A stretch of 61,424 bases of DNA from Bacteroidales bacterium (lineage in GTDB: Bacteria; Bacteroidota; Bacteroidia; Bacteroidales; VadinHA17): positions 8,165 to 69,588 of the forward strand of contig PLML01000190.1 in assembly GCA_003141525.1 (NCBI GenBank), in the 5' to 3' direction. Positions 37,189 to 44,926 of the stretch are shown in pieces. A program made the position numbers and the translations under genes. Numbering within the stretch: the first letter of the stretch is position 1; the number at the start of each line of letters is the position of its first letter. Under the pieces are notes generated by a model that worked only from the letters and a program-made list of their open reading frames with translations, did no database searches and was not told the DNA's origin.

Positions 37189-38655
37189 CTACCGCTTACT
37201 CAACCTGATCCCAAACACCACGATTCCACCCAAAACCCCTATTAATAACAGGATAAGCATAATAGTGCCAAATACAGGTGTACGTGCTTCCACCTGGATC
37301 CGGACTGTTTTGTCCTCGGTTTCAACCGTACGGTTGTTGGCAGTGGCTTGCGTTTTGATTTTTACTTCCTGTGCACCGACATTAACATCATCGGGAGGAA
37401 GAATATTAAGTATTACTTCGTGTTCTTTTCCGGGAGCTAATGTAGCAATCACATCCGGTACAATAACAGTCTTCCAGTTAAGCGGGTTTTCGGTAGTTAT
37501 TTTAATGTTATCGAGTACTCTCGTTCCGTCATTCATCACAGTAATTTTCATCGAAAGACTGTCGCCGGTTTTAATCTCGTGGTAAAGCGAGGGGGCTTTT
37601 ACGGTGATCCGGCCAACACCCTTGGGTATAAGTTCCAGCTTGATTTTCCCCGCCTGAATCTGATCGATTTCTTTTTGGGTCATAATGCGGGTATCCCCCA
37701 TTTTGTTGTATTCTGCATCGTTCAGAATAATTACATAGAAATCCAGGGGTTTGTCAATCTTTATGTCATCGTCTTCGCGGTCGGGTAAATAAGCTTTCAG
37801 GGAAAGTTTACGGATATTCACTCCCTGGTTGAATTTCAGCTGTGACAGGCGGGCGTTATTGTCAGCGTCAAAAAGATCGTATGATACCTGCCGGGGCAGA
37901 TTAACCACCATGAACCTGTATACATCGTCGGAAGAAGAGAACCGTTCCAGGCTTAGATCATACGAAGCGGATGAACCCAAATCAGTTTCCTGGGCAAACT
38001 GCGATGAGTTGATGGCTACCATATTCGCAGAAGCATCCTTTTCTAGATAAATATTCTTTGTATCTTTCTTACCATTGTAGTTTAACACAACCTGCACGCT
38101 TTCGGCGTCGCGCAACAGATTAAAATCGGCCATTGCCGTAGCGCCGTTGTCGATTGACGGAATGCGTATTTCATAAGGCGACCCAATGATTGTGTTATCA
38201 GCAATATTGTTGATGGATACAAAAATATTATACACCTTGGCTGTTCTCATTTCAGGGGTAAATACATCAAAATGTTGTTCGAACTGCTTTATGTAATCCT
38301 GGTTTCCTTCTGTAGAACTGCGCAGGGTCAATTTAACTCGTTTTTCAGCTTTATTGTTTTGATATTTCACAGCTTTTTCGATAATGATGTACGATTGTTG
38401 TGAAATTAGCTTCAGTATAAGTTTCTGGTAATCGACCTCTTTTGATAAGGATTCATTTTTAGAGTTATTGAACTCGGCCAGGGATATGGCTTTCTGATCG
38501 TAAAGTTCTTTATCATTATCATATTTCTGTTTTGCAATTTCGTATGCGGCGCGAGCCTTTTTCAGATCGAGGGCTATACCTGCCTGGTCTTCCTGGGAGT
38601 GTCCGGGAATTTGAAAAAGAAGAAAGCAAATAATAAAAAAGATAAGCCGTTTCAT
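37189..38655 (-). CDS. Atypical periplasmic adaptor-like protein: signal peptide, MFP-like coiled-coil hairpin, beta-rich (Ig/NEW3/CARDB-like) region, C-terminal TM anchor
   Basis: MKRLIFFIICFLLFQIPGHS. LDLKKARAAYEIAKQKYDNDKELYDQKAISLAEFNNSKNE resembles the HlyD-family alpha-hairpin. APGKEHEVILNILPPDDVNVGAQEVKIKTQA is beta-sandwich-like. The tail is TPVFGTIMLILLLIGVLGGIVVFGIRLSKR. Confidence 0.65.
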   Translation of the reverse strand: MKRLIFFIICFLLFQIPGHSQEDQAGIALDLKKARAAYEIAKQKYDNDKELYDQKAISLAEFNNSKNESLSKEVDYQKLILKLISQQSYIIIEKAVKYQNNKAEKRVKLTLRSSTEGNQDYIKQFEQHFDVFTPEMRTAKVYNIFVSINNIADNTIIGSPYEIRIPSIDNGATAMADFNLLRDAESVQVVLNYNGKKDTKNIYLEKDASANMVAINSSQFAQETDLGSSASYDLSLERFSSSDDVYRFMVVNLPRQVSYDLFDADNNARLSQLKFNQGVNIRKLSLKAYLPDREDDDIKIDKPLDFYVIILNDAEYNKMGDTRIMTQKEIDQIQAGKIKLELIPKGVGRITVKAPSLYHEIKTGDSLSMKITVMNDGTRVLDNIKITTENPLNWKTVIVPDVIATLAPGKEHEVILNILPPDDVNVGAQEVKIKTQATANNRTVETEDKTVRIQVEARTPVFGTIMLILLLIGVLGGIVVFGIRLSKR

Positions 38656-38708
38656 TATTTTTAAGATTTAATTATTCTTATAAACTCTGACAAGGGTTTG
38701 AATTCCTG

Positions 38709-40250
38709 TCAGCGTTGAGATTGTTGCGAAACCACATAACTCTTATTATTCTCAAAATCCCACATCGTCTTCCGTTTTAAATTATTTACTGAAAGCTGAT
38801 AGCCGATAAATGCATCAAGATAATCTAACTGAATGGTTGCAAGTCTTTCCTGTTCTATTGTGAGGTCCTGATTAGAAATATCACCATTTTCGAACCGCAT
38901 TTGGCTTATCTTGTAAGTTTGCCGGGCCAGATCAAGGTTTTTTTGGTGAATAGTTAGTTGTTCTGACGATTCGTTTACTGACCGTATAATTTCACGTACT
39001 TCCCTGCGGATAGTCACTTCCTGGTTCTCTTTATACAGTTCTTTCGACTGGAGATTTAACTTTGCCTGCTTCACTTTCGAAGAGCCTCTTCCCCAATCAC
39101 AAATCGGCAATGTAAACGTGAGAGCAATGCCCCGGTTGGGTGGGCGATTTCGGATATTCTCAAAAGACGATTGGAATAATTGTGTAGTCGTTCCTGCCCC
39201 AAGCGTACTGATACCCGTTAAGTCGTAATATGCTGAAATATTCCCCTGAAATTCCCGTACACGCTTCGCCCTGTCAACTTCAATTTTCAGAAGGTTAATG
39301 TCCATCTCTGTTTCCTTTATTTCAAGCCTGTTCTTCAAGGCTTCATCAGTGGCTTTTTGTTCATCGATCAGAATAGCCTTATATTCAAGGTTAGTTACAA
39401 TCCCTATTATACGATCGAGATCAAGACCTATCAGTTGCTTAAACTGGTCTTCCTCGTTTTGCATCTGGTTAATGGCCTTGAGATAACCGGCTTTATTCTG
39501 TGCTACTGAAACTTCGGCACTCATCACATCGCCTTGAGCCATTCGTCCTCCTTCTAATTTTAACCTGGCTATACGGAATGATTCTTCTGAGTTTTTAAGT
39601 TTCTCCAGGGAGATCTCCACTTGTTTCTTACTTCGATATAATGCATAAAATTCCTGGGTAACGTCATACACAATGTCCATTTGTGCGCGGGTATAGGAAT
39701 GTTCCGATTTCTGGTAGTTATATTCGGCTTCGCGTAAGTTCTCCTTCAATTTGTTTTTAGTGAATATTGGCTGGGTAAAATATAACGAAAACTCACTATT
39801 AAAGATGTCTGTTTTTAATGTACTATTGTCGCTTGCCAGCACTGTAGTAAAGTTCCTGCGAAATGGGTTTGCGGATAAGGATAAATTTCCACCGGTTGGC
39901 AATACATAAGTAAAACTTAAGTTTCCACCAACCTGCATAGATCCGTTAGAATTGTAAACAGGTAAACCATTAGCCTGTTCTATTTCTGTCACCGATTCTT
40001 GCCATAAGGGTGCATCTAAGTTAAGATCAAGCCTCGGTTTAAACATTGCTTTATAATAGCTGAAATAGTATTGCATAGCTTTTCGATCAATCTCAAAGGA
40101 ACGAGTTGAATAACTTTTACCTAAAGCAATCTCAATGGCACTGGAACATGAAAGATAAAGCGTATCCTGAGCCTTTACAATCTTTGAAATAAAAACTATT
40201 CCAAAGATCAGAAATGTCGAACTTTTCACTATCAAATTCCTTAATGGCAT
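38709..40250 (-). CDS. TolC-like outer membrane efflux protein (OEP family)
   Basis: 513 aa with a signal peptide and two long coiled-coil-rich repeats typical of the OEP family (..AEYNYQKSEHSYTRAQMDIVYDV.., ..LDLARQTYKISQMRFENGDISNQDL..). Confidence 0.85.
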   Translation of the reverse strand: MPLRNLIVKSSTFLIFGIVFISKIVKAQDTLYLSCSSAIEIALGKSYSTRSFEIDRKAMQYYFSYYKAMFKPRLDLNLDAPLWQESVTEIEQANGLPVYNSNGSMQVGGNLSFTYVLPTGGNLSLSANPFRRNFTTVLASDNSTLKTDIFNSEFSLYFTQPIFTKNKLKENLREAEYNYQKSEHSYTRAQMDIVYDVTQEFYALYRSKKQVEISLEKLKNSEESFRIARLKLEGGRMAQGDVMSAEVSVAQNKAGYLKAINQMQNEEDQFKQLIGLDLDRIIGIVTNLEYKAILIDEQKATDEALKNRLEIKETEMDINLLKIEVDRAKRVREFQGNISAYYDLTGISTLGAGTTTQLFQSSFENIRNRPPNRGIALTFTLPICDWGRGSSKVKQAKLNLQSKELYKENQEVTIRREVREIIRSVNESSEQLTIHQKNLDLARQTYKISQMRFENGDISNQDLTIEQERLATIQLDYLDAFIGYQLSVNNLKRKTMWDFENNKSYVVSQQSQR

Positions 40251-40272
40251 AAAAGGTCTTTACAAACTTATT

Positions 40273-40288
40273 ATCAATACCTGTGCCA
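40273..40288 (-). promoter_or_regulatory. Candidate sigma-54 promoter (-24 TGGCAC, N5, -12 TTGAT) for the TolC/ABC operon
   Basis: The minus strand reads TGGCAC-AGGTA-TTGAT, a 9/10 match to TGGCAC-N5-TTGC with the -12 C replaced by A. It lies 22 nt upstream of the ATG at 40250. An NtrC-type activator is encoded divergently. Confidence 0.45.
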
Positions 40289-40351
40289 AAAGAATCAAAT
40301 TGCTTATCTACAATATATTACAATGCCAAGATTAGATTTTATGGACACTAT

Positions 40352-40415
40352 ATTTGGGTAACTAATATAAAATATGAGTAATAGTTTACCCAAATTAAAT
40401 TTGGTTTATTTGGGG
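40352..40415. promoter_or_regulatory. Cluster of ATTTGG(G) half-sites, including a perfect 10-bp inverted repeat; candidate activator binding sites
   Basis: ATTTGGGTAA (40352-40361) and its exact reverse complement TTACCCAAAT (40386-40395) are 24 nt apart. CCAAATT-A-AATTTGG is a perfect palindrome (40389-40403). A further ATTTGGG lies at 40408-40414. The centre is ~85 bp upstream of the -24 element. Confidence 0.4.
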
Positions 40416-40440
40416 AAGAAAAATTAAATTTTTACTTTTG
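40409..40440 (+). promoter_or_regulatory. Candidate Bacteroidetes-type primary promoter (-33 TTTG, -7 TACTTTTG) for the kinase/activator genes
   Basis: TTTG at 40409-40412 and TAnnTTTG at 40433-40440 are 20 nt apart. The ATG follows 22 nt downstream at 40462. Confidence 0.35.
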
Positions 40441-40461
40441 AATACCTTATCATAATCTGTT

Positions 40462-41700
40462 ATGCTTTTCAGACAAAGTAAAAATGACCTAAACCAGGAT
40501 TTCAACAGGTTTTTATCGGAAATGAACGAGTCGTTTTCTATTATAACTGACCTGGAACAGCTTAAAGATAATTTTTCGTCCAGGATAAAGGAATTGTTGA
40601 AAACCGATCATATCTATATTCTAATGCTAAATCCAGATTTAAACAGGTATATAACGGTTGAAAATATTACCAGCAATTCAAAATACGATGAACTTCTATA
40701 TTTTAACACTTCAGATAAATTAGTCTTTTGGCTTTCGGTAAATAAAACTTTTCTTAATATAAGTCAAGATCCACAGGTATTTGCATTTTTTACCAGACGA
40801 GAACAGGAATTGATCGAACTGAGAAGTATTTCGTTAATATATCCGTTTATAGTAATGAATCAGGTACGTGGAATGGTCTGTATTGGCAGAAAAGAAAACA
40901 ATGTTCCATTTGATAAGAATGAGTTACAATATTTAAAAATATTTCTCGATCAGGCGGGTTTTGCCTTCGAGAATGCATTGCTTTACCAGTCACAGAAAGA
41001 GCGTACCAGGAAAATGTACCGGGCCGACCGTCTGGCTACCCTCGGGGAACTATCGGCGGGTGCTGCCCATGAAATCCGCAATCCGCTTACTTCTATCCGC
41101 AGTTCTATCCAGTTTTTAAAAAGAAAGTTGAGTGATCCGGCGGATATAGAAATGTCAAACGATCTTATTTCCGAAGTCGATCGAATTAATGAGATTATCG
41201 AAGGGATGTTATCCTTTGCCAAGCCACAGCCTTTGAAGAAGGAAAATACACAATTAAAGACTATTCTTGCACAAACCGTTCAATTGGTCTCAAATACCGC
41301 GCGAAAAAAAGAAATTGATATTTGCCTTAATTATCAGGCAGGCAGGGACGATATATTTGCAGATCCCAGCCAGTTAAAACAGTTGTTTCTGAATATTATT
41401 ATGAATTCTATTCAGGCCATTGAAAATATACCTGGCAAAATTGAAATTAATGTTATTTTCTCTGAAGGGGAAAAAAAATATACTCCCGTATATTTAATTG
41501 AGTTTATTGATAATGGGGAAGGGATATCTAATGAGAACATAGATAAGATTTTCGATCCTTTTTATACAACTAAAAATGAAGGAACCGGCCTGGGCTTGTC
41601 TATTTCATATGGTATTATTAATCAACATGACGGTGACATCGAATTTTTCAGTGAACCTGGCAAAGGAACCAGGGTAAAAATCAGAATTCCTTTGAAATAA
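40462..41700 (+). CDS. Soluble (no TM) sensor histidine kinase with an N-terminal GAF-like region
   Basis: H-box LSAGAAHEIRNPLTSI, N-box IIMNSIQAIE, G-boxes DNGEGIS and GTGLGLSISYGII. No hydrophobic segment. Confidence 0.9.
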   Translation: MLFRQSKNDLNQDFNRFLSEMNESFSIITDLEQLKDNFSSRIKELLKTDHIYILMLNPDLNRYITVENITSNSKYDELLYFNTSDKLVFWLSVNKTFLNISQDPQVFAFFTRREQELIELRSISLIYPFIVMNQVRGMVCIGRKENNVPFDKNELQYLKIFLDQAGFAFENALLYQSQKERTRKMYRADRLATLGELSAGAAHEIRNPLTSIRSSIQFLKRKLSDPADIEMSNDLISEVDRINEIIEGMLSFAKPQPLKKENTQLKTILAQTVQLVSNTARKKEIDICLNYQAGRDDIFADPSQLKQLFLNIIMNSIQAIENIPGKIEINVIFSEGEKKYTPVYLIEFIDNGEGISNENIDKIFDPFYTTKNEGTGLGLSISYGIINQHDGDIEFFSEPGKGTRVKIRIPLK

Positions 41701-41737
41701 TTTGTCAGGCGAAGATAATAATGTGCCAAATCATCAG

Positions 41738-43114
41738 ATGCTTATGAAGAATCCACAGATATTAATTGTTGACGACGAAGAAAAAATCAGAAAGGTACTT
41801 ACCCGATTGCTTGAAGACGAAGATTATCGTGTGAAATCAGTTGAAAACGGGCAAAAAGCCATAGCAATTTTACACTCTTATAAACCCGACGTTGTATTAA
41901 TGGATCAAAATATGCCCGGCCTTAATGGGATTGAGGCACTGGTAACCATAAAAGAGAAAAATCCATTCTTAACTGTTATTATCATTACTGCCCACGGTGA
42001 GGTCTCTCTTGCTGTAGATGCCATAAAGAAAGGAGCATATGATTATCTCGAAAAACCTTTCGACAATGATAAACTCCTTTTATTAATAAAACGTGCAATA
42101 GACCATCAACGGCTTACAGTTGAGATATCAAACCTTAAACGAAAGCTTGGCGAACAGAAGTCATTCGAATCGATTATTGGTACTGATGAAAAAATGAAAA
42201 AAGTTATTGAACAGGCCAAATGTGTAGCCGATACAGATACTACGGTGCTTATTCAGGGCGAAAGCGGAGTGGGAAAAGAAATAATTGCGAATGCCATACA
42301 TCAGACAAGCCGGCGAAAAGAAGGACCATTTGTCGTCGTAAACTGTGGCGCAATTCCATTAAGTTTAATTGAGAGCGAATTGTTTGGCCACGAAAAAGGG
42401 TCGTTCACGGATGCTAAAGAAACAAAGCCCGGAAAATTTGAACAGGCCAATGGTGGTACTTTGTTTCTTGATGAACTGGGAGAATTGCCGCTCGATGCAC
42501 AGGTAAAACTGTTGCGGGTTTTGGAAGATAAAAAAATAACAAGAGTAGGAGGTATAAAACCTATTCCTGTGAATGTCAGGATTCTGTCGGCTACAAACAA
42601 TAACCTGGAGGAGAGAGTCCAAAAGGGCAGTTTTCGACTCGATCTCTATTACCGCTTAAATATCTTCCCGATTCAAATTCCCCCTTTGCGTGAAAGAAGA
42701 GCTGATATACCTTTGTTTATTGAGTATTTCATTAATATGTTCAATTGCGAATTAGATCTTCATGTTAAAAACATGTCCGGAGAGGCTGTTGACCAGTTAC
42801 TAAATTACAAATGGCCGGGAAATATCAGGGATTTGCAGAATGCCATACAAAGCGCCATGATTCTATGCAAGGAAGGAACAATAACCCGCGAACATCTGCC
42901 GATGAGAATTAAAGGATATCCTTTACTCGACGGAAATAAGCCTGAATTTGATTCCGGGTTGGATGAAAACCTGAAATCAATTAATTCGAAACTTGAAAAA
43001 GAACTAATAATTGAAGCCCTGAACAAGTGCAATTACAACCGCACTGAAGCTGCAAATCGTTTAAAAATCAGCAGGAAGACTTTATTTAATAAAATGAAAC
43101 AATACAATTTGTAA
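41738..43114 (+). CDS. NtrC-family sigma-54-dependent response regulator (REC, AAA+, Fis-type HTH)
   Basis: ILIVDDEE..VLMDQNMPGLNG, Walker A GESGVGKE, GHEKGSFTDA (a GAFTGA-loop variant), LFLDELGE, and C-terminal NRTEAANRLKISRKTLFNKMK. I prefer the ATG at 41738 to the track's TTG at 41702. Confidence 0.9.
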   Translation: MLMKNPQILIVDDEEKIRKVLTRLLEDEDYRVKSVENGQKAIAILHSYKPDVVLMDQNMPGLNGIEALVTIKEKNPFLTVIIITAHGEVSLAVDAIKKGAYDYLEKPFDNDKLLLLIKRAIDHQRLTVEISNLKRKLGEQKSFESIIGTDEKMKKVIEQAKCVADTDTTVLIQGESGVGKEIIANAIHQTSRRKEGPFVVVNCGAIPLSLIESELFGHEKGSFTDAKETKPGKFEQANGGTLFLDELGELPLDAQVKLLRVLEDKKITRVGGIKPIPVNVRILSATNNNLEERVQKGSFRLDLYYRLNIFPIQIPPLRERRADIPLFIEYFINMFNCELDLHVKNMSGEAVDQLLNYKWPGNIRDLQNAIQSAMILCKEGTITREHLPMRIKGYPLLDGNKPEFDSGLDENLKSINSKLEKELIIEALNKCNYNRTEAANRLKISRKTLFNKMKQYNL

Positions 43115-43401
43115 GAGATCAAAATATGTTCAAACCGAGCATAGAAAAATAGATCAGAATTATCTTCTATTCTCTTGATTATCAGATGTGATTTCGGGGT
43201 TTACCCTCGCTTCATTGAGGAATTGTACCCCCAACGTATATTTTTATCAAATTTTAAAAGTAGATCAACTCAAAGCAAATATTTTTTATATATAGTTGAC
43301 TGCTGCCAAACCTTATAGAGTGGTCTTTTATTTTTTACTTATCTTTGAGTAAGACAGTTTAGAAAAGTAGTATCTAATCAAATGATTAAACTTATCAGTT
43401 G

Positions 43402-44241
43402 ATGAAAGAAGTAATAGAAAAAAGAGAAATTTCGATTGATAATAAGATATTTACTAAAGATGATGTAATGTCCCTAATTAGGCTTTTTAATAAACTGTCC
43501 AATGAGATACTTGATAAGTCAAAAGAAATCAAAGGGAAAGAGTTAATTCAAGAAGGATGGAAAGAATCAAATATTACAGAAAGATATATTGATACGAGTC
43601 ATTCAAGCCTAGAGTTAAGTGCTTCTGATAATTCAAAATACATTGGAACATATGAAGAAATTTTACAAGCAAATGGCATTCTCGATAATAAAAAAATTGT
43701 CGGAATTTCTTTATATTTTACTGAACATGTATTCGATAGTAAATTTATAATAAGAATCGAGCAATCAAAATCAGACTTTCATTTAAGTTCAAATTATGCA
43801 GAAGTTGAAGGACAAGATAGAATTTGGGTAGATGGGACGATCAAAAATGTAGAGGACTTTTTTTCTAATTGCAGAAATCAGTCTATGTTCGTTAAAAAGC
43901 TTCAGTATTTAATAATGGCATTTACCGTTTTGATACTAATATTATTTCTTCGAAATCTAATTGAACTTTTTATCAAAACAAAGCTCATATTTCCCAGAAT
44001 TATGGAAAACTTGTTCACCAAAGACTGGATTTTCTTTATAATAGTTTCATCTCTGATTACGTTAGCTCCTGCAGTTTTTATTTATAATTGGTTAGTAAAA
44101 CTTTTCCCAAGAATAGAGATTCAAACTGATAAAGACATTCAGCAGATAGGAAAAGAAAAGTGTATTAAATTATGGTTAATAGCTTCAATAATAATAATTC
44201 CAACTATTATTTCTTTTGTGCTTCGTCTATATTATAAATAG
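43402..44241 (+). CDS. Orphan membrane protein (soluble ~165-aa N-domain plus 3-4 C-terminal TMs)
   Basis: The ORF has ATG at 43402 and hydrophobic helices LQYLIMAFTVLILILFL, WIFFIIVSSLITLAPAVFIY and LWLIASIIIIPTIISFVL. No family recognised. Confidence 0.5.
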   Translation: MKEVIEKREISIDNKIFTKDDVMSLIRLFNKLSNEILDKSKEIKGKELIQEGWKESNITERYIDTSHSSLELSASDNSKYIGTYEEILQANGILDNKKIVGISLYFTEHVFDSKFIIRIEQSKSDFHLSSNYAEVEGQDRIWVDGTIKNVEDFFSNCRNQSMFVKKLQYLIMAFTVLILILFLRNLIELFIKTKLIFPRIMENLFTKDWIFFIIVSSLITLAPAVFIYNWLVKLFPRIEIQTDKDIQQIGKEKCIKLWLIASIIIIPTIISFVLRLYYK

Positions 44242-44926
44242 TTTACATTCATAGATGGGCAACCCTTATGTCACACAACTTTTTTGAAAATATTATCAAT
44301 CTGTAGAGGGTGTCAAAAAGTACCAATTTGAAGCCATTTTTAGCAAGTTTTTAACTGTTTTGAGCCATATTTAGACATACTTCATCCCCAGCCTATTTAA
44401 GCCCATTTCAACTAGGACTATCAACTACTACATTTAATTATAAGAGCTTATTAAAATGTTTGTCGAAGGGAAAGGAATAGATTATAAGTAAGAGTAAGTC
44501 ATCCAGGGTGAGGAAAGTTATCTCCTCCAACCAATGCAACATCAGTTGTTGTATCTAATGAGGGGGTATTATTTAAAATGTTTATCCAGATATTAATTAA
44601 TAAAGATTGGAGTAATATTGAAGTTATAAATTAAAGCAATGGGCGACCTTATCTTTTCTTCAAAAATCATATACTTGTACTTTAGTGATTTCTTTTACTT
44701 AACAATATAACTGAGCAAAGTCAACCATTAAGAATTTCAATCCAGCCGTTAACATTTTAAGAAATAATCAATTCTTTAAACTCAATATATTGATATAAGA
44801 TTATATATGGACTTACAATTAATTAACAATTTCTCATGGTGTATAATAACTCCGTTATTGGTCAACTATAGCTATCTTTAGTAAACATATAAGAGAGTAA
44901 ATCATTTAAAAAGTAATTTTGACAAA

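Noticed and set aside
37255-37270. Second TGGCAC on the operon strand (TGGCAC-TATTA-TGCTT) inside the 3' end of the adaptor-like gene, ~120 nt upstream of permease P1
   Set aside because: The GC of the putative -12 element is one base too close (GG-N9-GC instead of GG-N10-GC) and the site is intragenic. I do not regard it as a credible sigma-54 promoter without experimental support.
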